Shown here: piece after piece, positions 34,900 through 49,404 of the stretch
Layout of the letters: the number at the start of each line of letters is the position of its first letter
Numbering within the stretch: the first letter of the stretch is position 1
Source: Lophium mytilinum
Taxonomy: Eukaryota
Assembly (NCBI GenBank): GCA_010093605.1
Contig: MU004185.1
Location: 765,334 to 829,333, forward strand
Length of the DNA stretch: 64,000 nt
Reading direction: 5' to 3'
Position numbers and translations under genes: made by a program
The notes under the pieces: model-generated
Told to the model about the DNA's origin: nothing
The model's input: the letters and a program-made list of their open reading frames with translations, nothing else
Databases searched by the model: none

Positions 34900-37867
34900 A
34901 TGGTTCGCTCGTACTCCAAGTATGAGCAGTCGCAAGCCTTCGCTGTCGTAAATTCGGCCTCATCCAACCTAGTCTGGGCCGCAGATAGCTCTATTTCAAT
35001 CGGCTCTGGCCGGTCCTCCGGCGCTGGACGCGCATATGTTGGCGCGAACGAGGAGGTCTTGTGCTGGGATGTGAAGAAGGGCGAACTGCTCAGCAGATGG
35101 CGCGATACTGCTAGTAATGCCCAGGTCACTGCTATTGCTCGCAGCGGAGCAGACCAGGATGTATTCGCGGTTGGGTTTGTTGACCTCTATATACACTCTC
35201 AATTCATAACTTAGCTAACCGTCGCTCTACTCGCCTAGCTATGAAGACGGCAGCATTCGCATTTGGGACGAACGGACATCTACAATAATCATAAGCTTCA
35301 ACGGCCACAAGTCTGCCATCACCACCCTCACTTTTGACGCCTCCGGTGTACGATTGGCAAGTGGTGCCAGAGATACAGATATCATACTCTGGGACTTGGT
35401 AACTGAAGTGGGTTTATTCAAACTACGAGGGCATAAAGCACAGATTACAGCCCTTCATTTCCTCCACATTGGGACGGACGATTCCCCTGAAGGCGATTCA
35501 GTTCGCCCTACAGATTTAGAGGCTGAGCAAATCTTCCTTCTTTCCACTGGCAAAGATGCTCTCATCAAATTATGGGATGTGCAGACTCAACATTGCGTGG
35601 AGACGCATGTGGCCCAGTCCAATGGTGAGTGTTGGACCATGGGAGTGTCTCTTGACTCCAGCGGGTGCATTACTGCTGGCAATGATGGCGAGATGAAGGT
35701 ATGGTCCATTGACCTGGAGGGTCTCCGGCATTCTGCAACTAGAATAGGAGACGTCAACGAGCCGCGTTACTTGCGTGAAAGGGGTGTCCTCTACCGGCAG
35801 GGAAAAGATCGGACCCTGGGCATTTCTTTTCACAGCCTAACAGACTACGTTGCTATCCATGGCTCGGAGAAGGCCGTGGAAATATGGCGCATTCGCACGG
35901 AATCTGAGATTCAAAAGAGCTTGGCTCGAAAACGAAAGAGGCGGCGTGAAAAGGCTGCTAGCAACGACACCAAGGACGCGGAGGAAATGAAGAATGATGA
36001 GGAGACTCATGATAAGATCGAAACTGCAGACGCTGACGTTAGCGAGGTATTCGTGCCGTACGTTACAGTTCGCACTGGTGGTAAGGTCAGAGCAATGACG
36101 TGGATGAGCGTTCGGGGCCAAAAGAAGCTGCAACTACTAGCTTCTATGACCAACAACTCAATTGAGGTGTTCGAGGTTCCCCGGAGAAGCAAAACGAAGA
36201 CACCAACGAACGACGAGGTGCCCGAATATAATAGGGTATATTCTGTTGACCTGCCCGGCCACAGGACAGACATCCGGTCTCTTGCCCTTAGCTCAGATGA
36301 CCGGATGCTACTCTCGGCGTCCAGTGGGAGTCTCAAAGTCTGGAATGTGCGTACACAGAGCTGTCTTCGCACACTTGAGTCTGGGTATGCGCTTTGTACT
36401 GCTTTCATACCCGGAGACAGGATAGCGATCGTTGGCACCAAGGATGGCCAGCTTGAGATTTTTGATATTTCTTCATCGGCACTGATCGAACGCATGGATG
36501 CCCACGATGGATCGATATGGACTCTGCATGTGCACCCTGACGGACGTTCTGTCGCTACTGGGAGCGCTGATAATACTGTCAAGTTCTGGAAGTTTGAGAT
36601 AGTACAGGAGGAGATTCCAGGGTCCAAACGCACATCACCTCGTTTAACACTTGTACATTTCCGCACGCTCAAGGTGAGCGACGACGTTCTCAGCCTCCGC
36701 TTCTCGCCTGATGGCCGCCTCCTCGCTGTCTCAACGCTAGATAATACCGTCAAAGTATTCTTCACGGACTCCTTAAAACTGTTCCTCAACCTCTATGGGC
36801 ACAAGCTACCTGTTCTCAATATATCGATCTCATCAGACAGCAAACTTATTGCGACCTGTAGCGCAGATAAAAATGTTCGTCTTTGGGGTCTCGATTTTGG
36901 AGACTGTCACAGAGCGTTCTTCGCCCACAGTGATAGCATTATGCAAGTCTCTTTTATACCACGTCCAAGCTCCAGCGACGAGACCCACATGTTCTTCAGC
37001 GCCAGCAAGGACCGACTGATCAAGACTTGGGATGGCGATAAGTTTGAGCAGGTTCAGAAACTTCAAGGCCACCATGGCGAGATATGGGCTATGGCTGTCA
37101 GTCAGACTGGTGACTTTGTTGTCACAGCATCACACGACAAGAGCATTCGAGTGTGGTCCCGAACCGACGAGCCAATATTCCTAGAGGAAGAGCGTGAAAA
37201 GGAGCTGGAAGAATTATACGAGTCGACTCTCACCACTTCGCTGGAGAACGAAACGGAACTACCGGATGGTCAAGACGGAGTGGCTGCAGCATCCAAGCAA
37301 ACGATATCGACCTTGACAGCTGGCGAAAAGATTGCAGAGACACTGGAGCTAGGGACGGCCGACCTCGAACTGGTGCGGGATTGGGAGGCGCAAAAGGCAG
37401 TGAAACCAAGTCTTGCACCGCCGCAGCGAGATTTCGTCTTCCTTGCGCTTGGCAATATCAGCGCGGAACGGCACGTTCTTAATACGCTCTCGGGAATACC
37501 AGCAGCGCAGCTGCATGATGCGCTATTAGTACTTCCTTTCTCCGCTCTACCAGCCCTGTTTACCTTCATCGCCATATGGATACGTCGCCAGTGGAATACC
37601 ACGCTGGTGTGCCGGGTTTTGTTCTTCATGCTAAACACGCATCAGAAGCAAGTAGTCGCAAGCCGGGAACTGAAATCTATGCTGGAAAATATGCGGTCTG
37701 ATCTTCGTCAAACGCTGGGAGGAATGAAAGACGTTCTCGGGTTCAACATGGCCGCCCTACGGTTTGTAGGGGACCGCGTGCAAGAGAATGGTATGTCAAG
37801 GTTAGAGGATGTCGTAGCGGAGGATTCAATGGCAAGTCGGAAAAGGGCGTTCGTAGATGTTGCCTAA
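34900..37867 (+). CDS. DIP2: U3 snoRNP WD-repeat protein Utp12/Dip2 (intron 35175-35238)
   Basis: MVRSYSKYE start, multiple WD40 repeats, LPGHRTDIRSLALSSDD, LFLNLYGHKLPVL, WGLDFGDCH, and a C-terminal Utp12 domain (LHDALLVLPF). Confidence 0.95.
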
Positions 37868-38296
37868 GATGGATATGGGGATATGCATAGAAAGAATGAT
37901 ATCAACGGGAAAGTAAGGCAAACGAAATGAGGAGATATCACTTCAAAGACTAAGATAGAAACGAGATAGCTTATGGACTTGTTCTAGCTACGGCTAAAGC
38001 ATGCCTGCTGAACAAGAGGGTTCCTCGGCAACGCAAATGGTAACCGACGTCCTTTGAGTTGCTTCTCGTCCTCGATGGATACGAGCAAGCGGGGCAGAAC
38101 AACTAAAAAGAGGCTTCCACCACAGTACAGCTAGCATAGAGGAATCAATTCCGTGGACGTGAGAGAGCCCCACCCCGTCCGACTCCCTCCTCTCCATAAC
38201 GCCAATACCGCCGTCGCTAAATCAATGTCAGGGTGACGCAAAACCCAAGGCAGGGTCTTCGTGGGATGCCGACTCGCCGAGCCGTCCGACTCGATC

Positions 38297-39254
38297 TCAA
38301 GAAAACTTCCACCTATTTCCGCAGTTGGTGCATTCGCAGAACGTCGTCATCGGTTCGTCGGCACTTCTCGTCTGCGCCTGGCTGTAGGCGACCTTCTTCT
38401 GCTTGCACTTCCCGCACGTAAAAGTGGCGCTGATACTCTTCTCCACCTGTGCGACCATTGCCTCCCTCATATTCTCCTTCTCAAGGCGTTCGTCTTCCGC
38501 TCGACGCTCAGCCGACTTGAGCTCCTCATGTGTCATGACGACAAAGCGCTTTGCTGTAATCTCGCCAGAGAGGATGCGCTTTCGTAGCTCCGGGTTGGAT
38601 TTGTTCTTGAGATTCTGGTACAAGGAGCGAAGCTTAGTTTTGTACTGCTCGCTCGTTTCAGACTGATATACGTTGTATGCAGCCACTTCCACGTCTCGGG
38701 CGATACGCAGTACGTCTTCCGGAACTATAACAGATCAGCATAATTAGCGGACTAGAATGAAGCTTAATTGATGGGGTGTCTTGCAACTTACGGTCTTCTG
38801 ACATATGTGCCAGTCCATCGTACATAAGTCTCACGCAGTTGTCCCGGGTATCATTTCCTGTGACCTTCCAGTCCACCTTGTCGGTCTTATGGCTTCTGTT
38901 TTCGGGAGCGACGTTGTGCTTCTTGGTCTTTGGAGGGGTCGCAGACTGAGCAACAGGGGCAGGGGACGCAATCCCGTTGGCGGCCTTGGGCGTGGCGGAA
39001 CCTGACGCGGCCTTCCTGACATCGGTTTTCCATTTGCCTACCAGTTCGTTCGCTTGTTTCGCTACTGTAGGGTCCTTGTGCTGGCGAAGCTTGTTCACGG
39101 TCACTCCAATGCGCGTTGAGCGGAGCAGGTCCTCGCTGGCGCGAACGCCTTCGCGGAGGCCTTTCAGGAGATCCAGGAGAGTAGATGACGGGTCGCCAGC
39201 AGCATAGGCCTTTGTGATGGCCTTGCCACGCAGCTCGACTTCTTTCGCATCCAT
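38297..39254 (-). CDS. DST1: Transcription elongation factor TFIIS (intron 38791-38725)
   Basis: LLRSTRIGVTVNKLR N-domain, YKTKLRSLYQNLKNKSNPELR, and zinc ribbon CGKC...QTRSADEPMTTFCECTNCGNRWKFS. Confidence 0.96.
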
Positions 39255-39642
39255 GGCGGCGCTGTACGCTGCGGGCGGGATGACTGATGAGAGGGCTTGA
39301 GTCTGGCGACGCAGATGCTGTGAGGCGGCGACGCAACTAACGGAGCGGCGACAGGAGGCAGAGGAGCAGGATCTGGTGGTGGGGGGGAACTCGGGCGTAG
39401 TGATGTAGAGGTAGTGATTGTGATGGACCGACGTTGAAGTTGAAAGAACGCAGCGATCGCTGTCACCGTTCCCGCGGAGAGCCGAAGAAACGCCGGCCGC
39501 ACGTGCCAACCCAGCATCCACATCCACCCGTGGATCGCGGCCTTCGAGACACCTCACCTAGAAACTTGTCGCGCACACCCCATTTCGAAGAAGCCCACGA
39601 ACTCACCACCTGCTTCGACTGCGCCTGTGTGTTCCGATCGCA

Positions 39643-40336
39643 ATGGCTGAAAATGCACCGCCTCCTGGCAGCGGTGGACACCGCCCAGACGCCTCTGCTG
39701 GAATGCCCTACTACGAGAAGCTTCGTCGCGACCTCCGCGAAACGCTGCAGAAGAAGCGGCAGCTAGACAATTCGCTGGTAAGCTGGCCCTAAGCTGCGTT
39801 AAAGGAAAACGTTCGCAATTGCTGATCTTTGAAGGCCTCGCTCGAGGAGAGCATTTACAAAGCCGAGACATCCTACTTAGAAGAGACCAGCGCAGGCAAC
39901 ATCATCAAAGGCTTTGACAACTACATCAAAGGATCCACAGGCACCACTACAGCCGGCGGTGCTGGGCCAGGAACTTCAACCCGTCGAAAGGCCATGATCA
40001 ATGAGGGAGACCGAATATTCAGTAGAAGCTCTGCCAGTTTCATGCGAGTATGTACCAGACTGCGGTTTGCTCATACCGTTTTCCGAATCTCTACTGACTG
40101 GAGACCCCCAACAGGATTCCCCTACCCCAAACTCGGCACAAACGACTCCTTCGCACGCCCCTACGCCAACCTCATCGTTTCCAAGTGGTCGAGAGAGCAG
40201 TCATCCAACGCCTAATGGCAGTACTAGTAGCAAGGCTGTCGCAAGCAAGAAGAAGAAGGCACCAGAAAAGGATGACGATGAAACAGACGGGAAACCGCCT
40301 CTAAAGCGGGGAAAAATTACCTACGGTCGTGATTGA
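39643..40336 (+). CDS. EAF6: NuA4/NuA3 histone acetyltransferase subunit Eaf6 (introns 39778-39834 and 40048-40113)
   Basis: MAENAPP...GMPYYEKLRRDLRETLQKKRQLD...LEESIYKAETSYLEETSAGNIIKGFDNYIK...DRIFSRSS. Confidence 0.93.
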
Positions 40337-42539
40337 CAGCGTGCATAACTGGCCATGGGGAAAACATCGAAGATCAAGCCCAGGCGTTAGCTAAATCCGC
40401 TTGCGTCGCTGAGCTGGGCCGAGCCATGATGCTCGCCAGAGTTGTCTGCGTCAGGTAAGTTGGTTGCTAAAGCTCGTCCGGGGGAAGACGATGCTGGCAC
40501 ATTTAATCTGAACAATAATACGTCAAAGGTTAGAGGGTAGTCCTTGACGACAGCTCTCCAGAAATGCATCTCGATATCACCAGTCTGGAGGGGAAGCTTC
40601 GTATCCGAGGCTCGAGAAGCGACACGTGTAGGACTGCTCCTAGGAGAGCCGTATTCTCCCTATCCTCGGCCACGGTGTACTTCTGCTTTGAGCGTGGTCT
40701 GGAAAGCGAGTCTTCAGAAAACCAATGCACCTCTACATCCATCATATATCCGCATCGTGCCATCCGTGGTCGCATTGAGGTCCACAGATATCGTTCTAGA
40801 CTAGACCGTGGCATACCTACTTACAAAACGGACTGTATAGCTGGAATGAAATTAGATACGCTCAGCCCATGGAGGTCCTTCTGGCTGTCCTGAATGGAGT
40901 CTCCGCATCCTTAATACGATACATTACAATGCTCTGGCTCCTTGGTCTATCACTGTGAGACGCCGCGTGATCACAAGTCGAAATTGTATGGCTCCGGCCA
41001 CGTTGACTGATGGGAGACCAAGCAGCTTCACCGCCGGCCTGACCACACTGTGAGAGCTACGCATTCTCATGGGTCATACTGTTCAAAAGAGATAGTGGAT
41101 CGGAGATGCTGCCCAGTGAAATCAACCATGGTCGACGTCGCGTGGCTCATCTGACAGCCGATTTTGATAGTATGAAACTTGTGCGGGCTAGAGAGGTTAG
41201 CACAACTGTTGGGCGTTGAAAAAGGGGAGAGAGGGCAACGCTGCCGACTCGCTGGGCTACCGGGTGAGCAGAATCATCTGATCGCACGTTAGTCATAGTA
41301 GCTCGAGCTCAAATCGCACCGGCTGGCTGCCTCGCTCCCCGTGAGGTCGCTCTTGGTGCTCGCAAGAAGCCCACGAAAGCGCGGACTGTTTGCTGCCAGA
41401 GACTCGTCTTCGGACGCATAATTGCCTTTGGAGGCTCATGCGGCGACGGTCCGACTACATGGGCACGAGACAAGCCGGAGTCCGCGCTTCGGTCAGTCGG
41501 TAGTGCTGGCTGCGACCCCCATTCCACAGCCGTTCAGACAGCCGTTCAGAGAGCCGTTCAGAGAGCCGAGCGGGCGCGCCAACCAAGCTTGAGTGCCGTC
41601 GCAGGGTTACACTGAGTCCGCACTGTCTTCGTCCATATCAACCAATCGCGGCTGGGCAGTGCTTGGCAAATAGTGGTGATCGTCAGGGTCCCGCTAGCAG
41701 GGGTGGATGACGTCGGCGGCACCCAGGGCTTGGGCGCTCAATGCTTGTCGGCACCGTCGCCCAGCAATTCACCAGCACAGCGGCCTCCACGCCCGACGCC
41801 GCAGATGACGACGCTGACGGAGGTGGAGGCCGCCTGATGACTTGTCGCAATCTGTCCGTTGCATTACTAGCACACACTGTGATACCGTTGGCGCCTTCAG
41901 TACTATGGGGAACATTTCGTCTATTGCGACTACGCTGCCTAACGAATGTTGACTATGCCACCGTGGCAGTCTTGCTGAGCGTCTCAGCGAACCCCGCAAC
42001 CAGGCATATTATACAGTACAAACTGTGCGCGCCTCTCGCTAGTGCTGAGCCAGGCGCAACGAGAGTCTAAAACATTAAAGGGTATAGCGAATGACATGCA
42101 AGATCCAACAGAGAATCCCATCGCGAACAAAAAGGTAAACAGGGCCCGTACGGTATAATGGTACACTGAACAACACCAAAACGCGTGAAAGATAAGCAAA
42201 CCATTCCAACTCCGATGCCTACATAACTCTTGCAGCCTCTGAAAATGAGGCAGGAGTATCAGCACCATCTTGGTATAAATGCAAGGGTAACGACGCTTGG
42301 AGATCAGTCCAGACTCTCCCAAGAGCCTCATCTCTTCTTCCAACCCTATCTAGCTTGGCAACAGCTGGGCAAGCTGGAAAAACGCGGCAGAGGATATCTC
42401 AAACGCATGATCAACTGGAAGACATTGTAAACAAAACCTGATATGCCGCGCAATTGCGAAGTCCGAGGCGTCGTGAACCTTGTCTCCTATAGACAAGGAA
42501 AACCGATAAAACAATCGGCAAGCAGTCGAACTTAATCAA

Positions 42540-43732
42540 TCACATATCCTCAGGCGAGGGATGGTCATGGTCGCGTTCCCCCTTGTGGACTTTTCGGTGT
42601 CTCCTTAAGTTCGAGACAACGGAAAAGTGGCGGCCACAGCCCTCTACTTCGCATGCGAATGCTAGAATATGTCAGCACGATGAACGGTGCGTAAGCGGAT
42701 ACTGCACATACGTTTTTCGCCAGTGTGGCTGTACATGTGTGTTTGTAATGAACTAGGGCGGGTGAATCGTTTGTCGCAAATCTTGCACTTGTGCTTCTTC
42801 TGCGAGCTAGACGAGACTTTGGAGCTGAACTGTCCCATCATCGATTGGGGCGCGGGCGGCAAGTTCGTGCCGATCAGTGCTGAAGGCCGCGGGAGTGTCC
42901 GAGAAGTCATTGGCTCTACTGATTCCGAGGCTGAGCTGTAGTCGGTGACGGAAGACTCGGCAACTGATCCATTGTAGTAGGATGGATACGTGCTGGCAGA
43001 CGAAATAGACGAATGGGCGGAGTGCGTGGACGGGAATCCATACGAGTCAGACGAACTCCTGCTACCACCTTGGTTGCCGTAGATGTTGCGCGGGGTGATG
43101 TCTTGGCTCATGGCGACCATTCCCCGGCTAGCATCCAGGGCATCGCTGAAGCTGTTGCGCTGTGCTTGCTGGGAATTGATTCTGTTAAAGTCAACTAAAG
43201 AACTTTGGCGCTGGCGCTGAGACTCGACTGGGTTCTCGAGGAGGTCGGCGGAGGATACTGACGGGTGGGAAGAGCGCCGCGCGGGGTCCTGCTGGTACGC
43301 ATACGGGCTTCTGGAGTTGTTGGAATAGTCCATGGGATATTGCGGCGCTGACGTGGGAGCATACGAGGCAGCATTGGGCGACGCTGACGAATATCCACTG
43401 GGGTACGTCCTCGATGGGTTGAGAAGATCTTGCGAAGCGTCAAGTAAGTTTTGTGATCCGAAAGTGCCATCTGAGAGACTAATACCTGATCCTAGGGGCG
43501 GCGCCGTAACGGGGAGGTTGTGGAAGGGAAGCGATAGGCTGGTTGGCCTCTGAACATGCTGCTGACTGGCACCTTCGAACTTTTCGAGTCCAGACGCGGG
43601 ATACATCTGCGATGAAGGCGCGGCGGGGCCCGAAACCCACGGGTTCGTGAAGTGCGGTGCGGGATAGCGGAGGTGGTCGTAGCCCATGGTGTTGAGCTGG
43701 GACTGCTGTCGGTTGTCGACGGCCATAGCCAT
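42540..43732 (-). CDS. nsdC: C2H2 zinc-finger developmental transcription factor, NsdC-like (intron 42711-42662)
   Basis: KKHKCKICDKRFTRPSSLQTHMYSHTGEK/PFACEVEGCGRHFSVVSNLRRHRKVH preceded by PQSMMGQFSSKV and a S/P/Q-rich region. The symbol rests on recall of the finger sequence. Confidence 0.8.
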
Positions 43733-46700
43733 AGTGAAAGGATCAGAGGATCGTGAAGAAGACTGGGTCGGGATTGATGCTGAAACACGACAGTTGGAGG
43801 TGTGAGAAACGTGGGGACAGACGATCACTGGCACGCAGACGACGTGGGATCTGCGTGTCTTTAAACTGCTCGACGGCGGTGCTGGGAACTCCCGTCTGGC
43901 GGCCTTCCGTAGCGGGAAACGATGGGCACGTCCGGTTGCCGATCGCTGGATGAATCCGAGCACGACGAGCCGTGGCAATGGATGAGCTGAGATTAGGTTT
44001 GGCGGGCGGATGACGAAGAGCTCGCAGGAGTAGCCGGGCAAGCGTTTCAGCGGACTCGGTGCTGGCGAGTGGAGGGTGGAGAATCGCACACAACGGGCGA
44101 TGAGCAGGCGATGCAGGGAAAATCGGCTGTCAGAGTGTGAAGCCGCGTGCTGCGGGCGACGAAGAGAGCAGAGATGGGACGGCGCGTTTCAATGGAGCGA
44201 AGATGAGCGGGCGGTGTGCTTGTGTGTGTGTGGAGAGGGTAACGGCTAGGAATTGATGGGGTCTGGTGAGAGAAGGGTTCGATCGGCAGACACTCGGGGG
44301 GGCTACGAGAAGATAAATTCGGGAGCCGTCTGACGATGGAGGAGCACTTTTGCCCCGGCCGCCTACGTCGTCGCTGGCATCATAGGCTGAGCCAAGCGAA
44401 CACTGGCAGCAGGATGGCTTTGAGCCACGGGGCCACCACAGCGCTAGCCATGCACGCTGAGGCCCGCTTGCTGCAGGGAGAGCGGCAGGGGAGCAGAGGA
44501 GGGCATGGGATTTCGGCATAGGACGCTCAGAGGCGCCGCAGCGACCGGGATTAGGGCTGACACTGGCGTGTGGGGAGGAGCAAGCATCTGCACCGACTTT
44601 TTGACGGCGCTGAAGGTGGAGTTGGGGGTAGCGGCACAAAGACCTTAACGCTGCACTATCACGCCCGTGGCTGTCCGGCCCCACCTATACAGCACCACAT
44701 TCGAAGCCAAAACAAGCCGCGCAACAGCCCGAGAAACGCCATGCCAAGTGGCCGACGTCGTTGCTCGGCCTAAGTAGGCCAAGCGTTATCTGTTCTTGCC
44801 CCTTTGAGCCTTTACAGCTTCGCCCCTTCCGCAACATGGTCAAGTCGGTCGCAACTGCCATGAATGGGCACTAGGCGGGTGGGTCCTTCCCTGGTCAGTT
44901 TTCTGAGATGGATGTGCTGTTTGCCTTCACCCTCTCCGCAGCGGACTCTGCGCCAGGACCGCCTCTTCTCTTAATTCTCCGCGCTTCACACCTCTACCCA
45001 GCCCTGGGCACGGCCTCCAACCTCGCCCCATCGCCGATGTCCACTGACAAGCCATATCGTAGCGCAACGGCGCCGCAGCCGATGCCGAGTCGACACCTAC
45101 GCGGCATCTCTCTCACTCTCTTTCTCTCGCTCGCAGCCGGCACATGTTGCTAAGGATGTATGCCGGGACACTCGCGCCGCAGTCGCCAGTGTTGCCAGCG
45201 TGTTCTGACTCTCCCCATGCATCGCGACTCGCCCTCCAGCAAATCCCACGCCATCATCGCGCACATCGAACATCACGCCCGCCCGAACCTAATTAGCCTC
45301 CCCTGATGCGCCCGCTCGGGCCTTGTTTGGCGTGCTCGGCAGCGTTTGATCGTCGCGCGTTGTACCCCATACAGAAATTCCTCTTGTGCTGCGAAATTGC
45401 ACTGGTGGCACTGGTCACGAGCTGGCGGCTCTCTGTCTGCATTTGGCCGCCTGTTCTCTCTCTTTTCTGCGATTCTCATCTCAGATGTGGCAGGGCGCTC
45501 ACAGCAGTTCTTCTGGAATGTCTGCCCGCCAATCGCGGCCCGGCCTGCTCTCCTTTTCGTTGCCGGGTGTGAGAGGAAGACCCCCGTACCTGCTTTCCTC
45601 ACCCAAGCCGTTCCGGGAGGGTTGCTGTGGGTCCGCCCTTGGACTCCGCTGCGCGCCCGTCCGCTGGCCAATGGCACGCCTTGGCTCGAGCAAAATGCAG
45701 GATTCCGCACTGAGAAATGCGCCTCTCCCTGCACCGCCGGACCCTCGTTGCGCGGCCGGACTCCGCACCGTTGTGCGCGGGGCTTCTCGGCCACCTTATC
45801 TAGGTTGCGGATAGCGCTTGAAAGCACTTGATACGGGTCGAGAGGTCGAACGGACGACTGCTTGATGCTGACGATGCCACAAGCTCGCAGCTCGTGCCTT
45901 TGGCCCTGCCGTGAAGCCAAGCCGGATCGTGCTGACACACGGAAGAGCAGGAAGTTCGTGCTGGCGATGTGATGAGGGTGCGGAACGTAAGCTGGCCGAA
46001 CCTGGCGAATCAGGAGCGGACAGCAGCTGGGGGTGGAGGGGAGCGGTGAGGCTGGCTTGGATGGAGGGCGCAGATAGGCTTGAGGGAGGGCACGCTTCGG
46101 AGCAGGGCTCCGCGCAGGGGCTCACAAAGGCGTCATCCTGCAGCTCTAAAACCCGGGAGAGCGGCGCGCCTCGTCAATCTTGTCTCGAGCTGTCAAGCCG
46201 GCACCATGAACGCCCAATCGTCCCCCCCGTCCCCAGAGACCCTTCTTTCTTGGCTGCGTCTTGTCGACATAGCGTGTGGGCGCCCTCCGCGGTGTGCTCT
46301 CGGCAACGCAGCCTGATGCAGTTGAACCCTGTGGCCATGTCGTCACTGATGGTGCCTTTGGCGACTCTTGCTACTGTTCGTGGAGCCCGACGACTTCTTG
46401 CCACCAACACCAGCCCATTCTCCGCCAGCCATCGCACCACCGGGGGCCCGCGCCGCTGTCCTTTTCACTCGGGGCTGGGAATGGTGAAGCTTACAGTTGT
46501 GCGGTCGGTGCCAGACACGGAAGCACAGTCTTCCGCCGTAGCTTGTGAGGCCTCAGCAGTAGTAGTTCTGCTCGGCGCCGGATGGCGGCCAGCAGCCAAA
46601 TTCCATTGAGCCTAGCGTTCTAGTGAAAGACGAAGACGTGCCGCAAGCCCTGCGATTGAGCCTTGAGACGGGGGTCTAGCGGCGGCCACACGGCCAACCA

Positions 46701-49404
46701 GGGGAGCTTGTCCACGCCGCAAGCCATCGCGCTGCACATCTTCGCCTGTGGTCCCTGCGTCCCGTCCGGAGGTCGTCGAGCTGGAGGACCCCTCAGTAGT
46801 AGAGGTACCTCGGGATAAGAGCGAGTACGTACAAGCGCTCTTGGCAACGTTCCTTCTGATTTACGCCCTGAAGCATTTTCCCTCTGCGTCCACATCTCAG
46901 TAATGCGCGAGAGCAATCCAAGCAGTGGTAGCGTAGTGCGCACATGACTGTTAAGTTGCCTAATAAGCAAACAGAAACTATCACTCCACATACGAACGGG
47001 ACCTTAGCATATCGCGCTACAAAGTAGTGGCAAGATGGCGGGCAACCTAATCATGTTGCCGAGGGTTGCGGACGATTCTGCAGGTGGATTGTGGCTGCTT
47101 CGACGTCGCGATGGCGCTGCGATAGGCTCTGTCAGGTTGTTAGGCGGATCTGTTATTTCCACGCCAGTGACCGTTAGGTGCTGCCGCATTCTCTCACGCA
47201 TTTAGCACAGTGCTTCTTACATTCATGTTGTCTAATGGCTCAACAAGTAAGCGCTTCCGAGTGGCAAACCACATCTGCAACTGCTGCGACAGAGCACAGA
47301 TGGCATCACTCTTCCACAATCGTATTTGCTTATTCCCGCTGCCTCACTCAACACAGTGCACACTATTCCTCATCAATATCCCTGCCAACTGCCGTCACCG
47401 CAATTTATCTGGGCGTTCAGCCTGGAGGGTGCTTTACGCCCGAGTGGGAGCCGGTCCCCATGTGATAGATCTGCGCGCGGTGCAGTGACTCGACCTGAAC
47501 CGTGGTCTCGAGATGCTTTTACGCTCCAGCAAATTCAGATATCGATCAGCATTTTCTTACTGACATTGGTGCAAGCTTCATCTTCCCCACGTGCTGCATG
47601 GATGGCCTTGGCTGTCTTGGTCCAGGAAATTGGCCATATCCACTCCGGGAACTACCATGTCCGCATTCGTACATCGTGCTGGATTTGGCGCCAAGCCTAA
47701 TCACCTACATTTTCCATCGACAGATCGTGAGTCGCGGCTCTGTGAGACCAACGGACTCTATTGATTACTGTGAGATCTGGACTGAGGCGGCCTAACCATG
47801 GCTCATTTGTATTGGGATGTGACAAAGTATTCCCCAGAAGCCACTGGCAAGTCAATATATCGGATCCACCAAAATCTTCCATACTGTCGGATTCCATGTG
47901 GAGAGACTTCTTGCTGTGTTCAACGTCCAGGCTTTTGCCAATGGCACCTGACCCGATCCAAAGAACTTGCCCTGCGCGCTCTTGGGACTGCTTCATTTGC
48001 CGTCGGCCAAGCTAGCGCGGGAAGACTCGGTAGCCCTTCATTTTCATTTCTCCCGAGGATGAAACCTACTTCGTTGTAGAGTTCTCAGTGTGTGTGGTAG
48101 CCACTCTATATCAAACCACGTAGCACATTCTGTGGGCGTTGTTGCGAGTTTATTACCTCCCTTCTGGAGGGAGCCCTGGCTCAAGCGCACTGACGCAGCC
48201 AGTCAACAAATTCACGATACAATGCCTTCACCATCATCAACGTTCTCCCCAGCATGGCCGCTTTTTCGATCCATTTGCTTCTCCGCAAAGGTTCTCCCTT
48301 TTCTGCGTGATTGGCGTGCTCGATCGGCGCCCAAGCTTTCTGGATGACAGGAGCCCCTGACTCTCACTGAACCCTGATCGCGCACCAAGATGAGGGGTCT
48401 GGAATGAGGCACTACTTTGATTGGCTGTTACCGCAGGCACCCTGGGATCGTCCCTCAGCGAAGAGGGGTTGTGGTGTTGATCTTCGGCCTTTTCGGATGG
48501 CTTCATCTTCACCGGCTTCCTCGCCATGCATCAGCTCCAGCCTATCCAGGATATTCCCCTTTCCTCCCACGGCTCGCAGCGGACTAGGTTCGTGGAGAAT
48601 CGAGCTATTCTTCAGGTCGCCGACCTATTCTGAATCGCAAAAAGCATCACCAACCGATAGCGGTCAGATGTCACCTGGTCCTTGCGTGAGATGCTGCACA
48701 TGTATGGCATCGTGCGCGCGTTGCGCGGCAGGTCCCATGCATGATCGGAAAGACGACTCCTGGATGAGAAGGGCCGGTATAGCAGGGAAATTTTCGGAAC
48801 AGAGCAGGCATGTGGAGCGCCATGTCGTCCCATGGCAGAAAACCACGATGCTAATCTCTGTTATCCTCTCGGTCAACTGTTTTACGAAATCATAAGTCAA
48901 GGCGTTACTAACAAAGCAGGATGTCCCGTTTCTGCAACGACGTGTGCGCATGAGAGGCATTCGCGAGTGCGTGAATCACTTGCGTCTTGCATGCTGCATG
49001 CTGCCGACACCATCACTAACGCCTAGCTACTCATCGTATCACGCAGGCTCTCATAGATAACTCTCCGACTTACAGTAATAGGCCTTAATTCTGGGCACAT
49101 GGACGCATTACAGGTTGGATCCAACTTGCTCACTCCATACGACTGTTGGGCGTAGCCTGGCTGCTGAGCAGCCAATTAGTCAAGAAGCAGTCCAATTTAC
49201 ACCGCTTGAACCTCGACATCACCTCTGAATCTTCAAAAAAATTCGGGGGAACCCCAAGCAGTGGAGAAAGAGTGTGCCCAGACTTGTGGCCTGTCACTCT
49301 ACCGAGTTGTCTCTTCCTAGCAGCTTATCACTCTGGAGCGGCCACATCCATCAAGAACCCTGTAGGTTGTTAAACATGCGACACAAGACAGTAGACATGG
49401 CAGG

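Noticed and set aside
36007..36789. 260-aa antisense ORF in DIP2, and similar antisense ORFs in BRR2, creB and LSD1
   Set aside because: Expected shadows of codon bias on the opposite strand.
39255..39557. N-terminal extension of the TFIIS ORF in the track
   Set aside because: Non-ATG start and low-complexity translation across the shared promoter; MDAKEVEL at 39254 has a good start context.
41527..41568. 12-bp tandem repeat (AGCCGTTCAGAS x~3.5)
   Set aside because: Ordinary short intergenic slippage repeat; not CRISPR-like (no spacers, eukaryotic context).
44270..44295. GGTTCGAT resembling a tRNA T-loop / B-box
   Set aside because: No T-stem or cloverleaf; I found no tRNA or rRNA gene in the window.
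44130..49400. Many overlapping 60-230 aa ORFs on both strands
   Set aside because: GC-rich DNA, R/A/S/P-biased translations, no recognisable domain or coherent exon chain; best read as nsdC upstream region.
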